64,000 nt of DNA from Alphaproteobacteria bacterium (GTDB lineage: Bacteria; Pseudomonadota; Alphaproteobacteria; JAAXGF01), in assembly GCA_963555825.3 (NCBI GenBank), contig CAUVXB020000002.1:1248001-1312000 (forward strand). The letters are read 5' to 3'. The first letter of the stretch is position 1. Each line of letters starts with the position of its first letter. A model generated the notes under the pieces. The model was not told where the DNA came from and searched no databases. It saw nothing but the letters and a program-made list of their open reading frames with translations. The position numbers were made by a program, and so were the translations under genes. This document shows positions 1 through 11,358 of this stretch, piece after piece.

Positions 1-2
1 AC

Positions 3-1500
<1,498 letters not shown>

Positions 1501-1517
<17 letters not shown>

Positions 1518-2109
1518 TCTGGGCGGCCATCGCCACGCCCGGCTTGGCGTGCGACATGACCGTGAGGAACCCGCCGTCGGTGCCCATCAGGTAGACATAG
1601 CCCGAGTGGCCGACCTGGTAGTCGTCGTCGCCGGCATGTTCCTCGGCCTCGAAGAAGACGCTGTAGGCGGCCGAGACGGCCTCGGTCTGGCGCGCCGTTC
1701 CGGTCAGCCCGACGAGCCGGGGATGAAAACTCGGCACATACCCGGCGAGCGCCTCGACCGTGTCGCGCAGCGGGTCGACGGTGATGAAGATCGGCTGGAC
1801 GGCGTCACCCGCCGCGCCCAGCGCGTCGAGCGCCGTGCTCATGTTGTTGAGCGCCGGCACGCAGATGTCGGGGCAGTTGATGTAGCCGAAATAGATCAGC
1901 ATGTAGGCGCCGCGGTAGTCCTGGTCGCTCACCGCCCGGCCCAAGTGGTCGGTCAGCGCGAAGGGCCCGCCGATGGCGATCGCCGCGGGCGCCGGCTCAC
2001 GCGCCAAATCGCGCATGAGCCAAGCGCCGCCGGTCAGCAACACGGAGACGGCGACGGCCACCCAGGCCGCCCAGCGCACGGTCCGCAGCAGGCGCACTGG
2101 TTCGCTCAC
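1501..2109 (-). CDS. SCO1/SenC family copper chaperone
   Basis: N-terminal TM, GGPFALTD, YFGYINCPDIC (CxxxC), ITVDPxRD, conserved His (VGHSG); GTG start overlaps the cobA stop (GTGA). Confidence 0.92.
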
Positions 2110-2936
2110 GCCGTCGTCAACCGATCGACGAGGGCAGCGCGGTCGCCTTCGGCGCGGCTCGCGCCGAGCCAGTCGAGCGCCGCGCGCAGACGCACGACCT
2201 CGCCGACGACGATCACCGCGGGCGGTTCGATGCCGGCCGCTTCGGCGTCTTTGGCGGCCTCGGCGAGCGTCGACACGACGACCCGCTGTTCGGGCAGCGT
2301 CGCGTTGGAGATGATCGCGACCGGCGTCGCGGCGTCGCGGCCGGCGCCGATCAGCCGCGTGGCGATCGCGTCGAGATGCTTGAGCGCCATGTAGAGCACG
2401 AGCACCTGCGAGCTGCCGGCAAGCGCGTCCCAATCGAGGTCTTCGGGCACCGTGCCGCCGACCGCGTGGCCGGTGACGAAGGTGACCGCCGAGTTGGTGT
2501 CGCGGTGGGTCATCGGGATGCCGGCATAGGCGAGCCCGCCGACGCCGGCGGTGATACCCGGCACCAGCCGGAATCGAACCCCGGCCTCGACCAATGCCAG
2601 CGCCTCCTCGCCGCCGCGCCCGAACAGGCAGGGATCGCCGCCCTTGAGACGGCAGACCCGCTTGCCCTCGCGGGCCAGTTCGACCAGCCGGCGCGAGATG
2701 TCGGGCTGCTTGGGCGACGGCTTGCCGCCGCGCTTGCCGGCGTAGATCAGCTCGCTCTCGGAATCCGCCAGCGCGAGCACCGCGTCGCTCACCAGCGCGT
2801 CATAGACCACGACATCGGCTTCTCTCAGCGCATGCAGCGCGAGCAGCGACAGAAGACCGGGATCGCCCGGCCCGGCGCCGACCAGCCAGACGGTTCCGGC
2901 CTCGAAATGCGGCAGTTCAATAGGCAGCGTGTCCAT
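2106..2936 (-). CDS. cobA: Uroporphyrinogen-III C-methyltransferase
   Basis: LVGAGPGDPGLL, VVYDALV, GKRGG, RLKGGDPxLFGRGGEE, PGIT motifs. Confidence 0.95.
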   Translation of the reverse strand: MDTLPIELPHFEAGTVWLVGAGPGDPGLLSLLALHALREADVVVYDALVSDAVLALADSESELIYAGKRGGKPSPKQPDISRRLVELAREGKRVCRLKGGDPCLFGRGGEEALALVEAGVRFRLVPGITAGVGGLAYAGIPMTHRDTNSAVTFVTGHAVGGTVPEDLDWDALAGSSQVLVLYMALKHLDAIATRLIGAGRDAATPVAIISNATLPEQRVVVSTLAEAAKDAEAAGIEPPAVIVVGEVVRLRAALDWLGASRAEGDRAALVDRLTTA

Positions 2937-2946
2937 GGCCGGGAAC

Positions 2947-4449
2947 TTACACCGATTGCGCGCCACGCGCGATGGCCAGCAGGCGGTCGAGGTCGATGGT
3001 GGCGGCGAGGCCGTCGGCAACGGCGTCGAGCGCGCTCTCGACCTCGTGCTGCCAGGCGATGCCACTCGCCGCGCGGTTCCTGAGCCGCGCCAGATAGGCG
3101 TGGCGGAAGCCGTCGGCGGCGAACAGCCCGTGGACGTAGCAGCCCTCGACGCGCCCGTCGGCCGAGCGCGCGCCGTCGTCGCGTTCACCCAAGCTGACCA
3201 TCGGCCGCGCGCGGTCGGCGCCCACCGTCTCGCCGATATGCATCTCATAGCCGGCGACCGCCTCGCCGGTCCGCACGCAATGCCCGGTCACCGGCGCGAG
3301 GCGTTTCTCGCCGGCCAGCCGGGTCTCGACGTCGAGCAGGCCGAGGCCCTCGGCCGCGCCGGGCGGCCCCTCGATGCCGTCCGGATCGGCGACGCTGGCG
3401 CCGAGCATCTGATAGCCGCCGCACAGACCGAGCACGGCGCCGCCGCGCCGAACATGGGCCGCGATGTCGATGTCCCAGCCCTGCTCGCGCAGGAACGCCA
3501 GGTCGGCGAGCGTCGCCTTGCTGCCCGGCAGGATGACCAAATCGGCGTCACCGGGCAGCGCGCGGCCGGGCTCGACGAAGCTGACGACGACGTCGGGCTC
3601 GGCGGCAAGCGGGTCGAGGTCGTCGAAGTTGGCGATACGCGCCAGCCTCGGCACGGCGATATGGATCGCGCCGGCGGGCGGCGGCGGCGCCACCCTGGCG
3701 CCGTCGAGCGCCACCGAATCCTCGGCCGGCAGGCGGCGCGCGGCGTCGATATGGGGCACCACGCCGAGCCCGGTGAGCCCGGTGCGCGCCTCGATCACCG
3801 CGAGGCCGTCGTCGAACAGGCGGGCATCGCCGCGGAACTTGTTGATCAGGAAACCCTTGAGCAGAGTTCGCTCGGCCGGCTCCATGAGCTCCCAGGTGCC
3901 GACGATGCTGGCGATGGCACCGCCCAACGCGATGTCGGCGACCAGCACCACCGGCACGCCGGCCGCCTCGGCGAAGCCCATGTTGGCGATATCGCCGGCG
4001 CGCAGGTTGACCTCGGCCGGGCTGCCCGCGCCCTCGACCAGCACCAGATCGGCGGTCGCGCTGAGGCGCGCGAAGCTCTCGATCACCTTGGGCAACAGGC
4101 GCGGTTTGAGCGCGGCGTAGTCGCGCGCCGCGACAGTCGCCATGACGCGCCCCTGGACGACGACCTGGGCCTCGCCGTCGGATTGCGGTTTCAACAGCAC
4201 CGGGTTCATGTCGACGCTCGGCTCGATACCGCAAGCGCGCGCCTGGAGCGCCTGGGCGCGGCCGATTTCGCCGCCGTCAGCGGTCACCGCGGCGTTGTTC
4301 GACATGTTCTGCGGCTTGAACGGGCGCACCGTCAGGCCGCGCCGCGTGTAGGCACGCGCCAGCCCGGCGACGAGCAGCGACTTGCCGACGTTCGAGCCCG
4401 TGCCCTGCAGCATCAATGCCGCGGGTGGTCCGGCCTCACGGCTTGGCAA
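2947..4449 (-). CDS. cobQ: Cobyric acid synthase
   Basis: [44 protein letters not shown], GYEMHxG motifs; start uncertain (TTG). Confidence 0.95.
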   Translation of the reverse strand: MPSREAGPPAALMLQGTGSNVGKSLLVAGLARAYTRRGLTVRPFKPQNMSNNAAVTADGGEIGRAQALQARACGIEPSVDMNPVLLKPQSDGEAQVVVQGRVMATVAARDYAALKPRLLPKVIESFARLSATADLVLVEGAGSPAEVNLRAGDIANMGFAEAAGVPVVLVADIALGGAIASIVGTWELMEPAERTLLKGFLINKFRGDARLFDDGLAVIEARTGLTGLGVVPHIDAARRLPAEDSVALDGARVAPPPPAGAIHIAVPRLARIANFDDLDPLAAEPDVVVSFVEPGRALPGDADLVILPGSKATLADLAFLREQGWDIDIAAHVRRGGAVLGLCGGYQMLGASVADPDGIEGPPGAAEGLGLLDVETRLAGEKRLAPVTGHCVRTGEAVAGYEMHIGETVGADRARPMVSLGERDDGARSADGRVEGCYVHGLFAADGFRHAYLARLRNRAASGIAWQHEVESALDAVADGLAATIDLDRLLAIARGAQSV

Positions 4450-5122
4450 GGGCCGCCCTGATGCCGTCGGCGCCGGGGTTCGAGACCTCGCGGTCGATGA
4501 CGATGGCGCGTGACGAGACCGGCTTGCCGTAATAGGTCTCGGCCGCTTCTTCGTCGGACGTCAGCACCGCGCCCTCGAACGAGATGCCACCGAACAGCCC
4601 CTTGGCGTGGGAAAAGGAGTAAATGTCGGCCTCGACGTTGAGCGTCGTGCCGGCGTCGACGCCGCCGCCCACGGTGCCCACGGCGATCGAGGCGTCGGTG
4701 CCGAGCGTCATCGTGTCGGCCATCATCGTCTCGAGCCCGCCGTCGGTCATGATCAGCAACATGACCTGCGAGACCTGGGCGCCGATCTGCAGGCCGATGC
4801 TCGCCGCCCCCAAGGTATAGAACGCCGGATAGCTCCACTCGCCGGTCTCGGCATCGCGCACCAACAGCACGCCGGCGCCGACCTCGCCGCCGACGATGAA
4901 GCCCGCCTTGACCATCTCGGGGACGACGACCACACCCTTGGCCCGGGCCAAGTAGGGCTTGAGGTTCGAGAACTTGTCCTCGCCGCGCAGTTCCTCGACC
5001 GTGATCTTGGCCTTGTCGATCAGGCGCTGTTCCTCGGACGCGGCGGCCGGCGCGCCCCAGCCGACGACCAGCGCCCAGAGCACGATCCAGGCCGGCAGCC
5101 GGCGCGTTATCGAATTCGTCAT
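4436..5122 (-). CDS. SYLF/Ysc84 lipid-binding domain protein, secreted
   Basis: Signal peptide; [34 protein letters not shown]. Confidence 0.88.
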   Translation of the reverse strand: MTNSITRRLPAWIVLWALVVGWGAPAAASEEQRLIDKAKITVEELRGEDKFSNLKPYLARAKGVVVVPEMVKAGFIVGGEVGAGVLLVRDAETGEWSYPAFYTLGAASIGLQIGAQVSQVMLLIMTDGGLETMMADTMTLGTDASIAVGTVGGGVDAGTTLNVEADIYSFSHAKGLFGGISFEGAVLTSDEEAAETYYGKPVSSRAIVIDREVSNPGADGIRAALAKP

Positions 5123-5179
5123 GTCGCTCACTCCAACTTGCTTTGCAACTTCGGGGCTTCGGTTCCCGCCCGGTACGTG

Positions 5180-5974
5180 TCACACGGCGACTACGATGCC
5201 ATAGAACAGCACCAGGGCGTAAGCGAGATGCGCGACAATCGCCGATTCGAGGCCGCGCCGCCAGTAGAGCCAGCCGAACAGCGCGCCGACGGCGATGCCG
5301 ATAAACTGGAGGGCGCGCGATTGTATGGCGTCGGCGGCGTCCGCCGGCCCGGCGATGCCGAGCGGCGTGACGTCGGAAAGCTCGTAAATCAGCGCCGAGA
5401 GCGCAACCGAGAACCACATGGCATACTTGCTCGGGCTGCCGTCGGGCGCCGGCAGCAGGTGGACCGTGAACCAGACGACGCCGGTCATGACGCCGAGCCG
5501 GAAGAAGATCTCGTCGTTGACCGCGGCGAACAGCGCCAGTGGCACGCCCGACGCCCAGGGCAACTCGGCCTGGATACCGGCGCCCGGCCCGATATGCGTC
5601 GTCCGCAGCACCACCGCGACGAGCACGACGGCGACCGCCGCGGCAGCGCCCAGCGCGGCGGCCGAGACGAGGTAGCGGACGACGCCTTCGACGCGTCCGC
5701 CGCCGAGCCAGGCGCTGAGGATCGGCGCGCCAATGCCGTAGCGTGCGCTGAGACGCAAGCCCAGATAGATCACCGCGGCATAGAGAACGGCGGCGCTAAC
5801 CAGCGGCAAAGCGTAGATCTCGCGCCAATCTGCGGCGGCGCCGGTTTGCTGAGCTTCGGCGACCCAGCCCGAGACCGGTGCCAGCAGCACCGTCGCGCCG
5901 ACGCCGGCGAGCCACAGCACCAGGAAAAGACGCAGCCCGACGCCCTTCGGCGGCGTCCTGTCGTCGTCGTTCAT
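5180..5974 (-). CDS. CPBP (CAAX/Abi)-like membrane protein with degenerate catalytic motifs
   Basis: Multiple TM helices; NDEIFFR, FGWLYWRRGLESAIVAH. Confidence 0.75.
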   Translation of the reverse strand: MNDDDRTPPKGVGLRLFLVLWLAGVGATVLLAPVSGWVAEAQQTGAAADWREIYALPLVSAAVLYAAVIYLGLRLSARYGIGAPILSAWLGGGRVEGVVRYLVSAAALGAAAAVAVVLVAVVLRTTHIGPGAGIQAELPWASGVPLALFAAVNDEIFFRLGVMTGVVWFTVHLLPAPDGSPSKYAMWFSVALSALIYELSDVTPLGIAGPADAADAIQSRALQFIGIAVGALFGWLYWRRGLESAIVAHLAYALVLFYGIVVAV

Positions 5975-5977
5975 GGC

Positions 5978-6892
5978 TCAGAAACGCTGCCAGCCGGTCC
6001 CCTCGTGGCCGAAAGAGAAGGTTTCCGGATGCAGGATCTCGGCGAGGATCTCGACCGATTCGGCGAGCCTGGGACCGGGCCGGTTGAAGTACTGGTTGCC
6101 GTCGGTGACGTAGACCTCGCCGGCCTGCACGGACCCAAGCGCCTGCCATTCGGGGCGCCCGGCGAGCAACTCGGCATCGGCGCGGGTGCGCGCCATGTCA
6201 TAGCCGCAGGGCATCATGACGATGGCGTCGGGGTCGACGGCGGCGAGGGCGTCCCAACCGATGGTGGGCGCGTGTCCGCCGACGACGCCGAGCACATCGT
6301 CGCCGCCGGCCAGCGCGACCATCTCGGGCACCCAGTTGCCCGCCGCCATCAGCGGATCGGCCCATTCGACACAGACGACCCGTTTGCGCGGCCCGGCGGG
6401 CAGCGCCGCCGCGATCGACGCGACGCGCGCGCCGAGGGCGGCGGCGACCGGCTCGCCGGCGACGCCGAACGCCGCACCGACGCGCACCACGTCGTCCCAG
6501 ACGTCGCCGAGCCGCTGGGGCTGGAGCGAGATGACTTTCGCGTCGCAGCCGATCATCTCGCCGAGGGCGCGCTCGAGCGTCGCCAGGTCGATGGCGCAGA
6601 CGGCGCATTGGTCCTGGGTCACGATATGGCTCGGCGCCAGGCGCTCGAGCGTCGCGGTGTCGAGGTCGTAAATGCTGAGCGCGGTTTCGAGCATGGCGCG
6701 CACGCGCTCGTCGATCTCGCGGCTCGAGCCGCCGGTCTCGAAGGCCGGCCGCGTGCAGGCCGGCAGTTGGGCGACGCCGGCCGGGTGATCGCATTCATGC
6801 GAGCGGCCGACCAGGCGGTCGGCGAGGCCCAGCGCGGCGACGATCTCGGTGCCGCTCGGGATCAACGAGACGATGCGGGGATTCGCGGTCAC
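5978..6892 (-). CDS. BtuF/TroA-like cobalamin-binding protein, no signal peptide
   Basis: RIVSLIPSGTEIV, VGRSHECD, EWADPLMAAGNWVPEM, PCGY, YFNRPGPRL. Confidence 0.85.
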   Translation of the reverse strand: MTANPRIVSLIPSGTEIVAALGLADRLVGRSHECDHPAGVAQLPACTRPAFETGGSSREIDERVRAMLETALSIYDLDTATLERLAPSHIVTQDQCAVCAIDLATLERALGEMIGCDAKVISLQPQRLGDVWDDVVRVGAAFGVAGEPVAAALGARVASIAAALPAGPRKRVVCVEWADPLMAAGNWVPEMVALAGGDDVLGVVGGHAPTIGWDALAAVDPDAIVMMPCGYDMARTRADAELLAGRPEWQALGSVQAGEVYVTDGNQYFNRPGPRLAESVEILAEILHPETFSFGHEGTGWQRF

Positions 6893-6928
6893 GATGCAAG
6901 CGCCTTTCCAGAGCCGATGTGGCGCGCC

Positions 6929-7081
6929 TCAGCAGCCGCAGCGCCGGTCGAGGTCCTCCTGCCAGGTGCGCAACTTGTCGAATTCCCGGCTCATACTTCG
7001 CTGCTGGGTCGCGCCGCCGGCGAACAGTCCGCCGAGGCGGACGGCCAGTGCCCGGAACAATTCAGTGACGGCCTTCGACAT
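6929..7081 (-). CDS. Small 50-aa hypothetical protein ending in Cys-Gly-Cys (below the ORF track cutoff)
   Basis: GGAGG RBS 6 nt before ATG; MSKAVTELFRALAVRLGGLFAGGATQQRSMSREFDKLRTWQEDLDRRCGC*; GC3-rich codons. Confidence 0.6.
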   Translation of the reverse strand: MSKAVTELFRALAVRLGGLFAGGATQQRSMSREFDKLRTWQEDLDRRCGC

Positions 7082-7147
7082 GTGTTTCCTCCGCGCGGTT
7101 CGGCGTGATGCGGCCCAGCCAGACTAGCACGTTGCCACCTAAGTGCG

Positions 7148-7768
7148 CTATGTCGGCTGGTGATTGACCCAGGCGACGCGCCAGTCGCCGCCCGGTCCCG
7201 GGCCCGGGACGTGGTCGAGCCGCGTAATCGCCAGATTGGCGGTCGCAAAGGCCAGCGCGGCGTCGATCTCGATGCCGAGCGCGATGGCGAGCGCGGCGCG
7301 GATCGTGCCGCCGTGGGCGACGGCGACGATGTCGCGCCCGGCATGTGCCGTAGTCAGCCGCTCGACCACGGCTCCGACGCGCACGACGACATCGGCGAAG
7401 CTCTCGCCGCCGGGCGGCGCGTGATGCGCCGGCGTCGCCCAGAACTTGTGATAGACGCGCTGGCCGCTGCGCTCGATCTCGGCCCAGCTGCGGCCCTGCC
7501 AATTGCCGAAGTCCTGCTCGGCGAGGTCGGGCTCGACGAGCGGCTCGATGGCGTAACCGCCGGTCTCGGCGATCGCCGCCGCGGTCAGCTTGGCGCGGCT
7601 CAGATGGCTCGTCACCCACTGCGCCCCGGCCGGAACGCGCGCAGCGAGCGCGCGAAACGCGGCGCTGTCGGAGACATCGCAGTCGACCTCGGAGTTGCCG
7701 TAGGCCTTGCCGTCCATACCGACGACCGGCGCATGCCGCACCCACCACCAGCTCGTCGTCGTACTCAT
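7148..7768 (-). CDS. Histidine phosphatase family protein (CobC-like)
   Basis: WVRHAP, EQDFGNWQG, PPGGESF, VAHGGTIR; lies in the cob cluster. Confidence 0.88.
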   Translation of the reverse strand: MSTTTSWWWVRHAPVVGMDGKAYGNSEVDCDVSDSAAFRALAARVPAGAQWVTSHLSRAKLTAAAIAETGGYAIEPLVEPDLAEQDFGNWQGRSWAEIERSGQRVYHKFWATPAHHAPPGGESFADVVVRVGAVVERLTTAHAGRDIVAVAHGGTIRAALAIALGIEIDAALAFATANLAITRLDHVPGPGPGGDWRVAWVNHQPT

Positions 7769-7928
7769 CACCAAGTCCCTTCGATCCTTCGGATTACCGT
7801 AACTTCCGAGCGACCGGGTATAGGGCACCGCGCCGCCGACGGCAATCGCCGCAAGCGGCCCGCGTCGCACCTGGGTTCGAAATTCTGCCGGATCGACGCC
7901 CGGAACGGATATGCGCCTCGATGATCGG

Positions 7929-8100
7929 TTACTCGGGCAACCCGGCCTTGCGCATGCCGTCTTCGAAACGCGCCAATTCCGCCGGGTCCCGGTAGGACAG
8001 CCGCCCGACGTACTTCTTGATCGAATACTCGGGATCGTGCCTGAGGATCGCGGCAACCGTCCTCTCGGCGTCCTCCTCGCGCCCCAGCCTATGCCAAGGT
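7929..8100 (-). pseudogene. C-terminal remnant of a TolB-like/TPR (adenylate cyclase- or BTAD-type) protein
   Basis: RLGREEDAERTVAAILRHDPEYSI...ARFEDGMRKAGLPE* resembles the end of 57604..59607 (QLGRDAQAH...ARFLDGLRKAGLPA*); no plausible start of its own. Confidence 0.7.
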
Positions 8101-8910
8101 GGGGGTCGCGACGAAGAGGTCGCGCCGCAGCAGACCTTCCTCGATCGCGCCGAATTCCGCTCGCCACCCCGCTTGTCGCTCGGCGAACTCGGCGGCGCCG
8201 AGCAGCGGCTCCAATTGATCCTTGAACTCCTCGTCGGCGGATTCGAAGCGGCGGATCGAGTCCGCATAGTCCGCGGTGATGTCCGAAGAATCGGTGACCG
8301 TCCAGCCGGTTTGACCGAGCAGCGTCGGATAGTCCGTCTCGGGCTCGCCAAATACGGGCGCGCCTGCGAGGGCGCGCTCGCGGTCGGCGGGTGAGAGGCC
8401 CGGCGTGATCCAGATGACCGTGAAGACCATACGCCCCGTGTCGCGGATCACCCGCCGGCACGCCTCGAGCACGCCGCGCTTGTCCTCGAGGCAGCACAGC
8501 ACGTCGGAGTGACTGATGGCGTCGAAGCTCGCGTCGCAAAACGGCATCTCGGATCCGTCGGCGACGGCGAACCGACAGCGGTCCGACATGCGGTCTCTCG
8601 CCGCCCGTTCGTTCGCGATCTTGAGCCCGTTGAGCGGCAGGTCCACGAGCACGGCGTCGCAGCCCGTTTGCTTCGCGAAATAGAGGCCCGGCCAACCGGC
8701 GCCGGCGCCGACATCCATGAGGCGAACGCCCGGTTTGAGGCCCAGAAGCACGGCTATGCGGCGCGCCTCGTCACGGGTGGTCCAACTGTTGCCGCCATAA
8801 TCACAGCCGCAGGCGCGGCGTTCGACGGAAAGAATGGCCGGCGATTGAGACCGTTCGTAGGTCTGGGCAAAACGCTCTCGCCTCGCCAGTTCTTCCGGGC
8901 TCAGCGCCAT
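8089..8910 (-). CDS. Class I SAM-dependent methyltransferase
   Basis: LMDVGAGAG motif I, MPFxDASFDAI. Confidence 0.88.
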   Translation of the reverse strand: MALSPEELARRERFAQTYERSQSPAILSVERRACGCDYGGNSWTTRDEARRIAVLLGLKPGVRLMDVGAGAGWPGLYFAKQTGCDAVLVDLPLNGLKIANERAARDRMSDRCRFAVADGSEMPFCDASFDAISHSDVLCCLEDKRGVLEACRRVIRDTGRMVFTVIWITPGLSPADRERALAGAPVFGEPETDYPTLLGQTGWTVTDSSDITADYADSIRRFESADEEFKDQLEPLLGAAEFAERQAGWRAEFGAIEEGLLRRDLFVATPTLA

Positions 8911-9111
8911 CAGACGCAGCGCCACGCGCGCCAAGGGGCGCTTGGTCTCTGTAGAGCCCTGCTATTCCTCAGAGCGGTGTGCGTCGTCTTCCGACGGCGT
9001 TCCATCGGCACTTCCCCCCCAAACGTCAAGATTAGCGAATGGTTGCGGAATAATCCACGCGGCACCGAATTCATGCCCGCGGTGCTACGGGCATTGATCC
9101 TTCCGACGTCC

Positions 9112-9126
9112 AGACATAACATGAAC
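9112..9126. promoter_or_regulatory. Degenerate alphaproteobacterial LexA box upstream of mmcB
   Basis: AGAC-ATAACAT-GAAC versus consensus GAAC-N7-GAAC; mmcB is SOS-regulated in Caulobacter. Confidence 0.45.
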
Positions 9127-9157
9127 GTATCGGCGGAACCGGGTGGGGGTGGCGATC

Positions 9158-9628
9158 ATGGCGACGATGGGGGAACTGGCGCTCGATATCGTGCGGCCAT
9201 GCCGTGACGAGGGCGACGCGGCGCTGGTGGCGCGCGGCGTCGGCCGGCTGCTGGGCGAGATGGGCTTTGCGGCGCTGTGCGAGATGCGCGTCGGCCACGG
9301 CCGGCGCGTCGACGTCATCGGGCTCAACCGGCGCGGCCAGTTCGCCATCGTCGAGATCAAGGTGAGCGCCGCCGATCTGCGCGCCGACCGCAAATGGCCC
9401 GACTATCTGGACTACTGCGACAGCTTCTACTTCGCCGTGCCGGCCGGTTTCGACCAGCGCCTGCTGCCGACCGGGACCGGCGTCATCGTCGCCGACCGCT
9501 ATGGCGGCGCCGTGGTGCGCCGCGCCGAGACCGCAAAAATGGCGGCAGCGACGCGCCGCGTGCAGACCGTCCGTTTCGCGCGTTACGCCGCCAACCGCCT
9601 ACGCCGCCTCGACGACCCGCCGGTCTAG
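9158..9628 (+). CDS. mmcB: MmcB family DNA repair endonuclease (PD-(D/E)xK)
   Basis: GRRVDV, IVEIKVSxxDLRADRKWPDYLDYCDxFYFAVP; start could be 9167. Confidence 0.9.
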   Translation: MATMGELALDIVRPCRDEGDAALVARGVGRLLGEMGFAALCEMRVGHGRRVDVIGLNRRGQFAIVEIKVSAADLRADRKWPDYLDYCDSFYFAVPAGFDQRLLPTGTGVIVADRYGGAVVRRAETAKMAAATRRVQTVRFARYAANRLRRLDDPPV

Positions 9629-9631
9629 CCC

Positions 9632-11203
9632 TTAGCCGCCCGAGCCTTGCACCCGTTGATGCAGCGCGGCGATCGAGTGATGCGCCGACAGGATCGCGCC
9701 CTCCTGCCACGCGCGGAGGTAGCTGACATGCTCGCCCGCGAAGTAGAACGGGCCATCGGCGCGGGTCAGGGCGGGATAATATTTCTCGCGCGCGATGCCG
9801 GACCATTTCGTCCAGGCGCTGCGCGCGTACGGCATGTTCTGCCAGGCCACCGAAATCGGCCGCGACACTTCGTTCTCGAATTCGGGATGAAGCCGGCGAC
9901 CGCTCTCGCGTGCGTATTCGGCCCGTTCCGTCGGCGAACGATTGCCGAACTGCTGGGCGACAAGCGAGTAATTGTAGGCACCGATCAGGATGCCCTTGTC
10001 GCCGTGGAAACCCGACGAGGGGTACCAGATCTGGGTGATATCGCGTTCGGTCCAGGAAATCCCGCCGTAGATGCCTAAATCCTCTTCCCAGAAGCGCCGC
10101 TCGGCCTGCCAGGCGAGCTTGCAGGACTCGACGTAAAGCGATCGGCTAATCGCCGTGGTCGTCGGCTCCGAGAAGTCACTCTCGATATCGCGCATGACCG
10201 CCAGCGGAATCGTGCAGATACAGTAATCGGCCTCGGCCGCCGTCTCCGCGCCGCTCGTTCGATCGCGATAGACGATGCGTGTCCTGTCGCCGGCGCGCCG
10301 GATCTGCGTCACCTCGGCGCCGAAGGTGATGCGGTCGCCGACTCTCCGTTCGAACGCGGCCGCGATGCGGTCCATGCCGCCGACCGGCTGAAGCATCGTC
10401 GCCTGCATGTCGAATTGTTCGAGTTTATGCATCTTCCACGACCAGAAGTTCGAATTGAGCAGGACCGACAGGTCGAACGGCGCGCGCGGCTCGCCCGCCT
10501 GCAGGCCGGCGCCCGGTGGCGTCGCGTAGCCGGCCCGGCTCGAGCCGCGGTAGATTGCGTCCTTGTCGAGATCGCCGAAACCCCTGAGAAAGACGCCGAG
10601 GCGCCGTTTGTCGCCCGGCGTGAGCGCGTCGTCGAGCGCGGTGGTGTCGAGCGCCTTGGCCAGCAGCTCGGCGACGTAGCCGCGAAAATCATGGTACAGC
10701 GCGCGCGATTCGATCGGCGTGCCGTCGAACCGGTAGTCGTCGTGGAACAGGGCGCCGCGGTTGGTGTTGACGAAGACCTCGAGATCGACGCCGAACGCCT
10801 TGCAGTAGCCCAGGATGGCCCGGTGATGGGCCGGGATGCGCGCCGGACCGGCGTTGAAGTAGAGCCCGTCGTCGAAGCTGCAGGTCTGGGCTTCTCCCTT
10901 GATCTCTTCGACGCGCGTGCCGCGCCGGATCGTCCAACAACGGCCGCCGGCGCGATCGCTCGCCTCGAGAATGCGGCAGTCATAACCGGCCTTGCCGAGC
11001 TCGTAAGCCGCCGTCATGCCGGCCAGCCCGGCGCCGAGGATGACGACCGACGTGCCGCTGCCCGACCCCGGCGCCAACTCGGGTGGGCCGGCGTAGGCCA
11101 CCGGCATCGGCAGCAGCCCGAGCTGCTGCATGGTCACGTAGGCCGCGCCGTAGCCGCCCGCGAGCGCGACCCGATCGATGAATCGCCGTCGCGTCAGCGC
11201 CAT
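9632..11203 (-). CDS. Flavin monoamine oxidase / L-amino-acid oxidase family protein
   Basis: Tat-like TRRRF; GAGLAG dinucleotide fold, ILEAxxRxGGR, NAGPARIP, FAGEH, WQEGA. Confidence 0.9.
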   Translation of the reverse strand: MALTRRRFIDRVALAGGYGAAYVTMQQLGLLPMPVAYAGPPELAPGSGSGTSVVILGAGLAGMTAAYELGKAGYDCRILEASDRAGGRCWTIRRGTRVEEIKGEAQTCSFDDGLYFNAGPARIPAHHRAILGYCKAFGVDLEVFVNTNRGALFHDDYRFDGTPIESRALYHDFRGYVAELLAKALDTTALDDALTPGDKRRLGVFLRGFGDLDKDAIYRGSSRAGYATPPGAGLQAGEPRAPFDLSVLLNSNFWSWKMHKLEQFDMQATMLQPVGGMDRIAAAFERRVGDRITFGAEVTQIRRAGDRTRIVYRDRTSGAETAAEADYCICTIPLAVMRDIESDFSEPTTTAISRSLYVESCKLAWQAERRFWEEDLGIYGGISWTERDITQIWYPSSGFHGDKGILIGAYNYSLVAQQFGNRSPTERAEYARESGRRLHPEFENEVSRPISVAWQNMPYARSAWTKWSGIAREKYYPALTRADGPFYFAGEHVSYLRAWQEGAILSAHHSIAALHQRVQGSGG

Positions 11204-11358
11204 GTCGCCGTCCCTCCTCTGCCGCGGCAGGCCAGCTCGATTGCTCGCGGATGGCAGGAGTGCCGAGATCAGTCTAGCACGCGAACGGCCGATGCGGCGG
11301 TTACACCGCGCGGTGGAAGGCCTCGGGGCAGTCGGTCACAAAGTCGTCCGCCGATGGC

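Noticed and set aside
4607-7108. 833-aa plus-strand ORF, and similar long ORFs such as 40082..42466, 13035..14654, 33023..34561
   Set aside because: Antisense shadows of real genes in high-GC DNA; no motifs
7769-7928. Cobalamin riboswitch expected ahead of the cob cluster
   Set aside because: No B12-box or GGGAA/GCCACTG core seen
7148-8695. 515-aa extended phosphatase and other 5'-extended ORFs (cobA, lysA, nudF, ydcF, metA)
   Set aside because: Extensions are off-frame read-through over upstream genes; starts were reassigned from RBS and motifs
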